Positions 1-12,940 are shown, numbered from the stretch's first letter. The stretch is DNA of 64,000 nucleotides from Oculina patagonica (GCF_052425735.1 NC_135762.1:7440001-7504000); one strand, 5' to 3'. The notes: generated from the sequence alone by a model not told the origin. Program-made: numbers and translations.

Positions 1-87
1 TAATTTAGGCTCATGTGCTTGCTCGCTTCGCCATCTTTCCAGGCACCTACCCCAAGCTTATCTATTGTTGATGAATACCGTACTGAC

Positions 88-3000
88 CTGTTTCTTCTTC
101 AATTCTAAAATTTTTGCCTCTAGTTCCTTGATCCGACTTTTATTCTTTTCTTTGGTTTTACTGAAAAATAAGCACAAATCAAGAGATTCATGGCTAAAAC
201 TCTCAATAAACAGTTTCATTGTTCCGCGTTATCAAAAACACGCCCCAATTTAGTCTATCCCTGGGTTCCTAAGATTCCAGGAAACAGTGCACTAAAGACG
301 CGTATGCAATTACCCGCTTGTTATAAAAGCATTCAATCGCAGTGCAGACTTACCCGTCGGAGCTCTCAGACTTTGCGGTGCTCAACGCCACGTTTAGAGT
401 TGCCTTTTCTTTCTCTAATCTAGAAATTTCACCCTCTAATTCCCGAACGGTATCCTGTAAAAAATAAAATGAAAAAATTGAAAAGATTATCTTGACGTGA
501 AAAAAGCGAAAGGGAGCATGATTTTACCGGAGGGGTTAGTGTTAGGTTCTTTCGTCAGGGGCAGAAAATGAACCACGCTGAAAGTTTCACCAACCTCGTA
601 CTGTTTTCTCATACTGGTCAGACGTGAGTCATTTGCTACCATCTTATTGGCCAATTCTTCTTTCATAGCCAGTGCTTTAGTTAATTCCTGGAGTTGCCGT
701 CCAAGCTCTGCCTGTCTCAAAGCGTGCTGGGAAACAAACGTGGCGTCTGATGGAGAGCTGGGGCGAGAGCTGTTGTCACACTCATCCGCGTGTTCTCCTG
801 TACTGGTATTCTGGAAACAAGGAACGTATAGCCGTCCCATTATGAGACTCGTATTTAAAATAACGATGGCTCAGTGAAATGTTTCTTTCTACACAAGAGA
901 TGCTTACAATTTAACCAAAAAAAAGCAAAATAGGAAACAAAAAGAAGGGACATATTCGTTACTCCATAAAACGGTGCAACGAAACTTGCCTGTCAGTAAA
1001 TGCAGAAGCATAAATAAAGGCTTAAAAGAAGATAAGTTTTGTATTTTTGGGACGCAGTTTTTGCCAAATCTGAAGAAGACGAGAATATCTCGAAATTTCA
1101 TTCAATCATTCAGGGAAGTTATCACATCTTTCTTTCTAACCTGTTCTTCATTCTTGACAACATCCTCTAGTTGCGTGGTTGAGACAAAAGTGTCCTGAAA
1201 ACAAAAGACAAGAAGTTAGAAAAAAGACGATATGCGCCTTGAGCCGGTGCGTTTTTCGCTCGAATTACCAGCTAACTTGACAGGTTTTGGAAAACGTTCA
1301 AGAGATACAGATTCGACCCTTAAAATTCCATAGTGATAGCAAAGTTGCATAGGGATCTGAGTGGAGAATATAACCGGTTGAACTCGGTTTTACAGCGATT
1401 TTCACTCGAATGTCGAAAGTAATTCGCGTTTGCTTTGGCTTTGCAGTACTACGCTTAGCGATTGGTTCAGTTAAAACTCTCGCGCCATTTTCTCGACCAA
1501 TCAGAAGTAAAGCCACAACCAATACCCGTTCCCTCTATAGCGCGCGCCTGCAGGGAATCGCGGTAGTTGTATTCATCAAACCATGCGCGAGACTCAGCAA
1601 CGTGCATCGTTGCTGAGTCTCGCGCATGGCTTAATGAATACAACTACCGTGATTCCCTGCAGGCGCGCGCATAGAGGGAATCGGCTATTGTGACTCACTC
1701 TCACGCGTTCTCCCGCGCTTCGTGGCTACGTGTATTTGCCTTGAGGTTTTGATTGGCTGGCTCACTAGATTGTGTGTCCTTTGTGGTTGGCTAGAGTGAT
1801 CATTTTGGTTTTGGTTTCATGGCACTCAGGAAACCACTCTAATTTTTCGCGCGAATATATAACAGGCGTACGAATCCAAGACACAGCACGGATCTGTATC
1901 TATATAGAGCTATTTTTTACTGAAACAAATTTCAACAAGAATGACTGAAAACAGTAGTTGTTATTCAAACGACAAAAGAATCATTTAAATACACGAGAAT
2001 AACACGGTATCATTGTGCAGCGCATGATCACCTTACCTCAAGCTCGTGCAGTTTTGTTTGGAGTTCTTCCACTAGGCTTACATTAGGTTCAACATCGTCT
2101 TTTAAGTCCGTAACCTTTACGTCAACTTTGGAACTAAGAATTAAATTACATTGAAATGGCTCCCTTAGTACAAAGCATATATGTATCCAATAATCGACTA
2201 TTTAATTGAGCAATTTCTATGATTATTTGACTGCTGTTAACTGAAATTTTAAAATTTATCGGAACAAAGTTGTCTCTAATAAAAAATTGCGTTTGTTTAC
2301 CTGAGATGACTCTTTAGTTCATTGAACTTTCGAAACATCTTATCTCTAGCCAATTCAGCCTAAAAAAACAACATTAGACATTAAGAAACAAAGCATTTAA
2401 CAGGGGAATTATGTAACACTGAGAGAACGTGAAGCAACAAATATGAAAGTAAATCGTGGACAAAACGTTCGACTCGTCATAACGACATGTCAAAGTGACG
2501 GGTCCAACTTTTTGTCTGCGATTTACCTTCATAGTAAGCAAGGGTTTTTTTGGCTCATTTTCGTCTGCGTGTGACGAAAAAACTGTCTGGTTTCAAATTG
2601 TTCTATACCTGCCAACTTTTTCTGGGTCAAAGGCGTGAGATTTTTATCCTGAGATTGCCAGGATTTCCGAAGACGATACGACAATATCCGAAACTTTCCG
2701 AAGACGTCCGAAGTATTCCGAATACGTTTTCCGAACATATCCCATTCCCAGTGCGTGGACATGCTTTGCTAAACAAGTCCTCGTTCCCAATGCTTTTCTT
2801 GTCAAAATTTCTGAGATTTTGGGGAAAGTATCGTCATTTATTTATTTTACATGGAGTGTTTGTTTTTGACATTGGTTTGAGTTTACATATTTTTGGAAAG
2901 TGTGTCGTTTGTGGTTGTAATAACTCACATTTTTCGACTAGGCGTTAGAAGTTGGTTCGTAAGCGTGAGTTGGCGTGAGATCGAAGTTTTCAATTTGCAG

Positions 3001-6000
3001 ACGTGAGACTCACGCCTTGGAGTTAATATCAGTTGGCAGGTATTTTGTACAGATTATTACTTTGTAAATAATAAGCACATGTACTTCACTTCTTGTAGTC
3101 AAATAACTTCCAATGAATTGTTCTTTACTTACCACCAACGCTTTTTCGTACATCTGTGTGTTCTGATCCACTGAAGCGTGCAGCTCAGCGCTAAGCTTTT
3201 CATTTTCCGACTAAAAAACAATCAAACAAAACAAAACAAAAACATCAAAATGAGAGCAAAGTGTTCTCTAAGCCAGTGTGCTGACGCAAATGATAATTTC
3301 ACAAGACAAAGTTGAATGAAAAAATTGAAGATTCAAGATTAGACTGCTTTTATTAACTGTGAATTCACTCTGAAAAATGGTTTAGTAAAACTGATACCAT
3401 GATACAGTGGAACCCTGATAAAACAAACCCCCGGCCCATTGTACCGAAGTCAACGGTATAACGAACGATATTCTTTAGCCCGGACAAAGTAACTAACAAT
3501 AAAATGTATGGAAACAAAGCCCAAGTATAACGGACCCCGTTAAAATGAACACAATTTACCAGTCCCTTGGCGCTTCGTTACTTTGGAATTTCACTGTCAG
3601 TAACAGTTTAAAAAAAAAACTCCAGCAGCCTGGATACGCGCGCAAATAAAAAAAACTATTAAACGGATAAAAACGATTTTTTTTTCAGTACGGTATTTCT
3701 TGGTTCAAATCTCAGACGTCTCTTGTCTGTTGAGAGGGAAAGAAATTAGCGCATGAAATTGTTACTAATACGTCTGTAAGTGTTTATCCAAGAAATCCTC
3801 CCTTTCTTTACAACACCTCACTGTAAGGGCTGTAAGGACAAATGCATGTAAACAGAGTGAACCGCACTGAGCTGTTCAGTGTTTCACTCTTGGGGGCGGA
3901 GGAGAAAAGTAAAAAAAAACGTCGCCGTGTTTGAGCTAGAGATTGAGTAGCCACGATGCAGAAAATGGCTGAGAGTTCTCAGGGCGCGACAAAAGTAGAA
4001 TTATCCGTCGGGCTAGCGTATTCTGATCACGAGTTGCCCGACGGGCAAGAAACATTGTTTTTTTATGACAACCTTCAGAAATAAAATTAATGTGCACCAG
4101 ACAAATTAAAAAAAGGGAAAAATTTGGGGCTCGAAAACTTGACTCACTGCATCCTTGGCGACTAAAACTCCTGGTTTTATAGTCGCCAACTTGAATGTGG
4201 TGACTATATTCCTCTGTATAAGATGAGTAACGGCCATTTTCTGTGGAATTGTGTCCTTCCAGAAAATTATATTGGAAGATCTTTGCTTCTAAAACGTTCA
4301 AAATAAGAAAAGAAGTCCTAGTGTTCCAATCCATGGTTATTGCTTTGCCGTATTATAAAAGTACTCCATCATTTCGTAAAACTTGCAAATTTGATACGTC
4401 ATGTATGCATATGAATTGTGTCTCTTGAAATGTAGGATTACAAATATGAAGGATCCTGAAGGTTCTGCATTAAGCTACAAAGTTAGTTGCCACAAAATCG
4501 TAATGTGTTTGTTTTAATTCTTGTGGTAGGATTATTTTCTTTTTTCTTTTTGAATGTTTATGTATTTATTGTCTCCAAAGGAAGAACAATTTTAAATTTG
4601 CATATAATTAATTATGCAAATTACCTTCGGGCTAGCTTCTCAGAGCTTCGGGCTAGTAAGATAAGATAATGGCGAAGGGCAAGCTGACTTTTCTATTTTC
4701 GTCTCACCCTGGTTCTCTCACGCCATTGGGGTTATCATTGCGCACAATGTTGCCGATGGTGGACACCCGTTGAAATTGTTGCGCGAAATGTTGCACCATG
4801 TGACCGCACACTCACTTGACTGGATGAGAGAACCTACCTCGAGTTCTGTGATCCTGTCAGCCATTTCCTGGATATTGACAGCCGTATTTTCACAGCTGAA
4901 AATTAAAATAACTTTACTAAATAACCATAATACATATAGGATTTTCACTGCGCGCTGAAAGGTTTTTTTTTTTTCAAAACGTTGAGCTGCCCTATAATGT
5001 AGTCGGCAAAACATGGCCGGCAAAGTTGCACTAAATAAATTTAACCACATACTAAGTTGTATAATTCAGATAATTATGTACCTTGCTCTTCCTGGATTCG
5101 CTCCTGTGATCGTCTGTCCCTGAATAAGCTGCATTTGCAGTAACTGGACCTATAATAAACGTGAATTTATTTTACAATTACAAATATATAGCAATTACGT
5201 AAAGATAACTGTCCTCTTAAAACACTTGTAAATAAGTAATTCTTCTGAAAACCCAATAAGAACACACTATAATTTCAGGGCGTGTGAACGTGAAAACTGA
5301 TGACGCAGTTTTACAGAGATTTACAGTGTTATCCCGACTTTTTAAACCTCATAGAGAAACAAGGGAAACAACTTTTGCTTCAAGTTAAACATTTGCTAGC
5401 CTTTACTTTTTGGCGGAGAGGAACAACAGCTGGAAATACGCATGCGTTCGCAGGCTATTCATTATCGGCAGGTTTCAAAAAATCGGAATTCTGCTGTAAT
5501 TAGTTGTTGCTTTGGTTTTAAATTTCCGCGCACAAGTAGTAACACAGGCGGCCCAGACGTTGTATTCGATTTAGGTGATTATAAGACAATGTATGAGAAT
5601 ACTTTGAAAATTGCTCTAAATAGTACTTGTATGTAAGATTTGAATAAAAATGTCTTACCTTATGTTTATCTTGCGTTAGTTTGACATTTGTGTGCTTCTG
5701 GAGTGGGTTTAAAGCCGTTTAGACGAGTTTTTCAGCACTACGTCAGAAAGAAAAACTCGTCTAAACGGCTTTAAACCCACTCCAGAAGCACACAAATGTC
5801 AAAATAACGCAAGATAAATATACGGTAAGACATTTTTATTCAAATCTTTCATACAAGTACTATTTAGAGCAATTTTCAAAGTATTGTCATACATTGTCTT
5901 ATAATCACCTAAATCGAATACAACGTCTGGGCCGCCTGTGGTAGTAACAACCTATCAGAGGTCTCTGTAGAACTTTTTTGAGCTATCGTGTTTCGCTCTG

Positions 6001-9000
6001 GTATTTCTGATTCCTCAAGGGAAAGAGCATTTATAAGAGCACAGCAAGACACACTTGTTACTAGTTATTTTATCAGGCTATTCACAAAAGAGTCAAAGGT
6101 GAGAAAGTAACATACTTGTTGTCTGAGCCGAGCCAGCTCAGCCGCAGCTGGATCAAGATTAACAATAGGCTTGTTCTTGATCTGCCTTGCGCGGTCCGCG
6201 TATCTGAGGGTATTCAGAGTCTCTTCAAAATTACTGTCTGCAGGGCTAACACAGGCTATCATCATTGTATTGCTGTTACCTCCCAGGGAATCTGTGAAAA
6301 AAAAAAAGATTAAACATGGGCACAACATGTAAGGTCTTTGAGCAGATTATGTTGCAAGTTGTCATACATAGACTTCAGGGTTGCCACTCATTAGAACCCA
6401 AAAAATTCCCTGACTTTTCACTGACCTCAAAACAATTTTCACTGACTTTTAATTAGGTGAACTAACAAAAAAGCCCAATCTTTTTTACATTTGCCTCAGC
6501 TTCTTTTGCAGACCATCAAAACTCTTCTCTTCATTTTCGATCTCTTTACATTTTCCACGGGATTTTGAATGCATGGCATTTGACTTCACCAACAAATCCA
6601 TCTTGTTTTTTTGTTTTAGCTAAAATTCCCTGACTAATCACTGACTTTGACAAGAACTAAGATTTTCCCAGCTGACTTATCCCTGACCTTGAAAAATTCT
6701 TGTTTTCCCCTGACTTTTCCCTGACCATGGCAATCCTGATAGACATTGAAATTTACAGTTTGGAAGCCATTTTGACGGGTAGGGAACACTGTCAAAAAGT
6801 GTTTGTATGGGAATTCAATAGCATTATTATTATTTAAAAACAAAAGTTGAATTCTAAGCAATTTATGAATCACAAAGTTAGGCAACAGGTCTTACAGTAT
6901 TCTCCAAATTTGACGGATGCGGCTGTGTTGGGAAGCGTCAACTTACGTTTTTAATTTTCCATGTACATTTCTTTTCAAATTTTTTTCAGCAGATTTACGT
7001 TGCGGTTAGGGTAAAAAATTCGAGACAAATGTATGGAAAATTAAAAGCGCAACTCAGAACGCTTTCTAGCACAGCCACATCTGTCAAATTTAGAGAATAC
7101 AATCCTTAAATTGTCCAGAATTCAAGTTTTTTTTAAAAAAAATATTTGCCATCGGATTTTCCTAAAATCAGTTTATTTTCTTACAGTGTTGCCTACCTGT
7201 CAAATTGCTTCCAAAATGTAATAAGGCCTATTTACCGTACCTTTTCACCAGTGTATACACATCATGCACATTTGACACACTCGCTTCACTTTTCATTAAA
7301 AATTTGTTGGTGAAAGATGACACAAATTCAATTTTCCAGGCAAAGAGAGAATTTTTTGTGACATCCTGTGCTAGTTACCTTGCAGAAGGCGTGTCAGCTT
7401 GGAGTCTCGGTACGGGACATGCGCATTAGATTTTCCTAAGAACATTAAACTTCAAAAATACTAAGGACTGTTTTTTTAAAAAAAATATCTTTGTTGATGC
7501 TCCTGTTTAGTTCAACCTTCTTCATGGAACATTACTGAAACTCATGCATGCATGTTATTGTAAAAAGACTATATCTTTTTTCACACCTTGAAATGCTATT
7601 ATAAAACTTCTTTAAACGTTTCATTTATGACTGTCGTGAATGTAATACTTGACTTATCAGCTTTGTAAAATCGTATAGCACGCACCAAAGGGTGCAGTGA
7701 ACCAATCAAGGACGATTGGTTTGGGTTTGCTACCTGAATGGACAAGAAAACTGTTACAGTGTTTTGCCGTATTACTAAAGACCAGTTGAACAAGTTGAGT
7801 AATACATATTCGGTAAAAAAGACACAAGCCTAAAACTAAAAAAAATTTGTGTGACATCCTGTTCTGTGCTAGTTACCTTGCAGAAGGCGTGTCAACTTGG
7901 AGTCTCGGTACGGGACATGTGCATTAGATTTCCTAAGTTCATCACTGAGAGCACTGATCACATTTCCAAGAGCTAGGAGTCCCTTGTTGATGTTGACACC
8001 TGTGAAATCAAATACAAACTGAGAAACTATATTTCTCAAACCCTCTGTATTTCTCAAACTCATTAACAATTTATCAAGTTAAAACAAAGAAAATCATCTG
8101 TGAAAGAGGTTCGGATACCCAGTCTTATAGATAAGGCATAGATATTTACTATATTATTTCTTCAAATAGAAGTTCATAGTTTTTTGTTTGGATTAAAAAG
8201 ATACAAAATGTATATCAAACACTCGAGACAGTGTTTCATTGGCTATCCAAACACCTCAAATTTAACCAGAGATCGCTTTCCAATTTTTACAAAACCTTGA
8301 ATTCCGTCTAAAATACTGTTTCTGCTTTTTCTTGTGTTTGATATATTACATCAATATCACTGAGTCATATTTAGCCCTCTTACATGTATTTCACATTCAA
8401 TATTATTATTAAATTCAAGTTTAAAGTTCAAGTTACGGAATGTTATATGGGCGAGCCTGGCTTAATACTTGCGATATTGGTCGTCCAGATTTGAGCACTG
8501 GCAGGGGTGTTGTTTTGTATACAAGACACTTTTATACTCTCACAGTGCCCACCTCAAAAAACAAGAGTCAGAACTTAATTAAGTACTCCTTTCAATGACA
8601 TCTGGACCCTGAAGTTCAAAATCCAACTAACGATTGTGTTTTTAACTGCCATCATTAATGGCAACAGCCAACAGACATTGAAAAACAGAAACAAACAAAT
8701 CTACCAATCACAACTGACAGAGGTGACCTTTGAACTTCTGTTTCCCGGCCGTCTTCTTAGATGATTGATGGCAGCAAAAAACATAAACCGCTGACTGAGG
8801 TAGCCTGAATTTCAGACATCCCTCTGTGCTCGCCTGCTTGCCAGAAGGGACGTCTGAACACATTTGGGCCTAATGCCGTCCGGTGACGTCACTACCCGAA
8901 AACCGGGTAGTGATTTTGATTGGTTGATTTAAAAATTATTTGCATAATTATGTGAAATTATGACCGAATTTTACCGCGCGAGGATTGTAATTTGAAAACG

Positions 9001-12000
9001 TTTGGAAAGAGTTCGAAAGAGTTCACCTTCCCAGAAATGAATTTATTAGTCATTTACCTTGAGTTTATTACTTTATTAGTTTACCTACGGATGAAGAATA
9101 GTAATGGAAATCGGTAGGTTTTAAGTTGGCGGCATTCGTCGCTTCGATATGCAGTGTTTTGCCAAATTTATATGTATTCTTGTTTGTCAACAAAGCCGCT
9201 CGACGCTTATGTCCTGCAGACTCGATGAGCCAGTGATTTCTGAACTCAGTGCCCACAGTCAAGTAGGATATTTTTGTATTGAATTCCGTTTCTTGATGCC
9301 TCTGTAACCGTCTAAATTGATTCATTTAAGTACTCACGAGTGTGTTGTATTTGTCCGCTGCGTAACATATTATATTTTGATCGCTAGATAAAGCAAATCA
9401 GTTCAGATTAAATCGGTTCCGTAAAAGAATATAGCCTGCAGTCGATTAAAATCTCATTCCTTTGTCTCAAGTTTTCAATAGTTTACTATTAAAACAATTT
9501 TATACCCTGTAATCCTTTATTGAAGCGATTTTTCTTTCACAATTTCATGGCCTCGACAGAAACTTTTCCGCATGAATTAAAACCAAAGTGTAGTGACGTC
9601 ACCGGACGGCATTAGGCCCAAATGTGTTCAGACGTCCCTTCTGGCAAGCAGGCGAGCACAGAGGGATGTCTGAAATTCAGGCTATGACTGAGGCAGAGCA
9701 GAGTAAAACTGGGTGCAGTGACCCAATGCCACCTAGACTGTTCACAGCCCTCTATATTCTCTCATTTTTTTTTTTGATTGATGAGCGTGGGGAAAGAAAG
9801 GCTAGAGAACTGGAGGTCAGCCCAAAACAGGAGGTGCGAGGGGGTGGGGGGCGGTCTCGCTTGCGTTCCCTCCTCCACGCTTCCTGCTTATGCTTGCTTT
9901 GCTTGCCAATTCTTTCACTTTTTTGCATTGAAAAATAGAGAGGCTGTGGACAGTCTAAATGCCACCTTGAAGTTGTAAATAATTTTAAAATTACCTTCTT
10001 TGAAACGTTCGCCTTGAGCATGAGTCTTCTTAACTCTTTCCGAACCAGCCAGGTCTACTAGATGAAATTTGGCCTTTTTAAGTTCACTCCTGAAGAAGAA
10101 AGGTAGAAATTTTTATGTATATTCATTGCTTTATTTCAAAACGAACATTCAATGCCTAAATTTGAATACTACTCCTTTTAACTAACTAAGAATAACTATT
10201 TTTACTGCTTAATGCATGCATTTTTTCTTACCCTTGCAGCTCCTTCTGTTCTAGGGTAATTGTAAAAATAGCATGGGATCTACTTGATCTGCTATTCATA
10301 GCAGTAGCCCCAGTTGCTCTTGAAGCTGACCCTTGCTCCAAGCACCGCACCATGTCAGCCCCAGATGTCACAGTGACTTCTTGTAAACCAGCGATCTGTA
10401 AAAACAGTTTTAATGTGCTGAATTGAAACTTACAAGTTGCATGCAAGCTGAAATATTCAGAGCACCGTAGAATTGTTTCCCTGCTCTTGGGGGGGGGGGG
10501 GGGGGGGGAAAGGGGAAGGGGGGGGGCGGTATTCAAGATTTACATGGACTGAAAAAAAATGTTTTTTTTATTGTACATGTACATGTGATGTATGCCAGAA
10601 AAATTGCATGAATTAAGTGATCATGTGATTAAACAAAAACGCTTCCTACAAAAGGGATTTTAAAACTGTTGAAATGATAGGCTTATCAAATCATGTGTCC
10701 TTAGAGCCACATGTTTCTTATGCACAGGATCTGCCAGCTAAGAGAGAAAAGCGGCTCTGGGGAAGAGAATGGAGCTACTACATGCAGGGATAATTAAAGC
10801 AAAGAAAACACTAAGCCCCGGCTTAGTGTTCTCTTGTCGCTTATTGACAAACCCAACTAGCTTTTCTGACCTTGGCAGCTCTAAAGTTTATCAAAATCTT
10901 AGTTTGTTTTTTTTTTTTGTGAAATTTCAGCCAGATTTAAGTTTTTTTCAGCTGGTGAAATTAGCCGGTAGCCTTCCCTTAGCAACATCCCTGTACATGG
11001 ATCAGTCTTTCAAAAACTCATTAATAATTCATAAAGAAAATTCAAAAGAAATTAATGTTTAATGAGTGTCTTTATATCTGATAAAGACACGGCTCAACTT
11101 TGCGTCCAATTTTCTAGGCCAAAATAACCCCAAATCTAAATGTTAGTGCAAGAATGAGTTGATCTACATCAGAAGATTTTGAAGCCGTTCAATATATTCG
11201 CAGTTCGTGTTTTATCAAGTCTAAAACACTCGGCTGCGCCTCGTGTTTTAAACTTGATAAAACACTGCTGCTCATTTATTAAACATTACATAGTGTGATC
11301 TCACCCCACCCACCCAACTAGTGAAAATATGTTAAGAGGCCAGATCACTGTAACAGCCTCTAATGAAGAGGTGTAGTCTATATAGGAGACAAAGCCAGTG
11401 ACTTGACTTTACTATTAAAAACTAATTCAAACCAGACTACTAACTTTTTTCAACTCCGAAAATCTAATTTGGACATGTCTAGTGGATTTACATTTGTCAC
11501 TACAGTAACTGCAGGTTCTATTGATTGGTGGGGCTATTCTATACTATCAGCCATAAGCGTGCAATTGCTGACCAGTCATATTTTCTCAGGAAATTTAATT
11601 AGAATTCTACTAATAAAACTATAAGATTTTTTTGCGCTTTATTTCTATAGCAAGGGGTGAGAGTTGATTTTGCCTTCAGCTTTATCACCTATCAACCCAT
11701 AAAAAATGAGCTTATTTTCTAATATTATTTTAAAAATAAAAATAGAGAACATGCGGTAAGATTGTAAAATAATCAACACTGAAGAGAGAGACAGATTTGT
11801 AATAAGACCACGACTACACTGTAGTTTGTAGCTTCTGCCAAATAATTATGATTGGCATACTGTATTACAGTACATACCTTAATTCCTCCATCATGGCTTT
11901 CCCTTATAGCTATTTTTGACTCTTCTGGTGGGCAGGGGTTTAAAAGGTCGTGGATCTCTTCGTTGTGAATCTAAAAATAAAAGGCACAGGGCATGAACAA

Positions 12001-12684
12001 TGTTCTCATCAGGGGCCTTTCTGGCCTTGCAGGATCTTTAAAGATCTTTCAAAATCTAAACGGACTGCCAAAAATCAAGGATCCTTCAAGGTCAGGATCT
12101 TACAAAGATCTTTAAAATCCTACAAGAAGGAACCTTAGCAAGATCCTGAGGGATCTTTGTAGGTACCCGTAGATGTACTGTGCCTTGTATTTTTTACAGC
12201 TACTAGATTTAGCTAGTCATGTTGCAGATTCATTTCATGTGAACACCCATACCTCTAAAAAAGATGCTTTTAACAGGAACGCTGTTGTGTCTTTTTTCTG
12301 ATCGATCCATTCAAATACAGTTTCTATCAGGCGTGGAATAACCCCCTTTTCCTCCGAAGCCTCATTGCACATCGTGAACGCTGTTCCCATTGAGTACGTT
12401 TTTCCCGATCCAGTTTGGCCATACGCAAGAACTGTCGCATTGTAACCTTTAAATAATCCTTCTAGCAACGGAATCACAGTTTCATTGTAAAGTTCCTCCT
12501 GCTTACTAGTAGTTCCCAACACATAATCGTAGGTAAACGCTTTGTCCTCGCCGATAACAACTTGGGCATTCCCTGGTACACAACGAATACATTCTTGACA
12601 ACCATCGCCGGTCTCTTTTGGAACTAGCGGTCTAATTCTCAGCGCGACACGAACTGGAATGGTCTTTTCTTTTTCCTCTGGCAT
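88..12684 (-). CDS. KIF4: Kinesin-4 chromokinesin (KIF4-like), 5' part; continues past the left edge
   Basis: Exons in transcription order: 12684-12253, 11970-11878, 10395-10232, 10089-9995, 7999-7877, 6291-6116, 5149-5082, 4895-4838, 3210-3133, 2359-2301, 2133-2037, 1194-1141, 810-595, 454-354, 160-88. All GT-AG with compatible phases (629 codons). Motor motifs: [11 protein letters not shown]-loop GQTGSGKT, switch I NSRSSRSH, switch [29 protein letters not shown]; coiled coil with KIF4-type HALRQAEL...LAMKEELA. Confidence 0.93.
1393..1842 (-). mobile_element. Copy of the abundant ~285-bp CCAATCA-rich MITE, interrupted by a ~160-bp hairpin element (~1523-1687)
   Basis: Same family as 19115-19399 and 30942-31227. 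The insert is a near-perfect inverted repeat (ttccctctat...gcgcgcctgcagggaatc / gattccctgcaggcgcgc...atagagggaa) splitting the host motif accaat|tgtgact. Confidence 0.75.
2604..3044. mobile_element. Non-autonomous TIR element (hAT-like)
   Basis: TIR atacctgccaact / agttggcaggtat; flanks ttgttc / ttgtac (6-bp TSD, 1 mismatch). Confidence 0.6.
5543..5940. mobile_element. 398-bp fold-back MITE, CA...TG termini, 7-bp TSD (P-element-like by termini)
   Basis: Arms of ~190 bp are near-perfect reverse complements; GTAGTAA at 5536-5542 and 5941-5947. Confidence 0.85.
6376..6738. mobile_element. hAT-like MITE
   Basis: cagggttgcca...tggcaatcctg; internal (t)ccctgac repeats; 8-bp TSD atagactt / atagacat. 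Confidence 0.75.
7379..7435 (-). other. Duplicated 3' part of KIF4 exon 5 forming a candidate 57-nt alternative exon
   Basis: 7357-7440 copies ~7849-7937 including the GTAACTAG donor. Minus strand reads ttcttag|GA AAA TCT AAT GCG CAT...CTG CAA G|gtaact. Confidence 0.7.
8801..9684. mobile_element. AcademH-like non-autonomous transposon
   Basis: ~95-bp TIRs TAGCCTGAATTTCAGAC... / ...GTCTGAAATTCAGGCTA; exact 9-bp TSD TGACTGAGG (8792-8800, 9685-9693). Confidence 0.85.
9734..9957. mobile_element. AcademH-like MITE
   Basis: TAGACTGTTCACAGCC...GGCTGTGGACAGTCTA; exact 9-bp TSD AATGCCACC (9725-9733, 9958-9966). Confidence 0.85.
11053..11288. mobile_element. Hairpin element, possibly a non-autonomous Crypton
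   Basis: Inverted ends taatgtttaat / attaaacatta; internal stem gtgttttatcaagt...acttgataaaacac with tip ctcggctgcgcctcg; no TSD seen. Confidence 0.55.
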
Positions 12685-12756
12685 GATGCTTCTTACCGAT
12701 CAGCTCAGAGCAGGAAAAGATGAGATGAACGGCGAAACTATTGAATATTTTGATCA

Positions 12757-12940
12757 CTTGAAATAACCGCCAAATTCCATTACTACCCAGAATTCAATTA
12801 GCGCTGAAGAAGTCAGCGGCTGCTGCCATTAGCCTAGGGCCCAGTGCTATCGCGGTTTCCTCGAAAAGGAAAAACAAAACATGGCGCACGGTTGTAGAGC
12901 CATCGCCTTTCTTCCCTGAAATCTGTTGCAGTGAAAAGGT
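12757..12940. promoter_or_regulatory. Candidate bidirectional promoter KIF4 / SH3D19-like
   Basis: Minus strand TTTGGCGG-N4-TTCAAG (E2F/CDE plus CHR-like) at 12774-12757; tactacccagaattc (ZNF143-like) at 12781-12795; plus-strand AAACATGGCG (YY1-like) at 12877-12886; plus-strand donor AAG|GTATTT at 12938/12939. Confidence 0.5.

Noticed and set aside
10489-10528. Functional G-quadruplex
   Set aside because: G homopolymer runs are common in this window's introns; nothing specific supports function.
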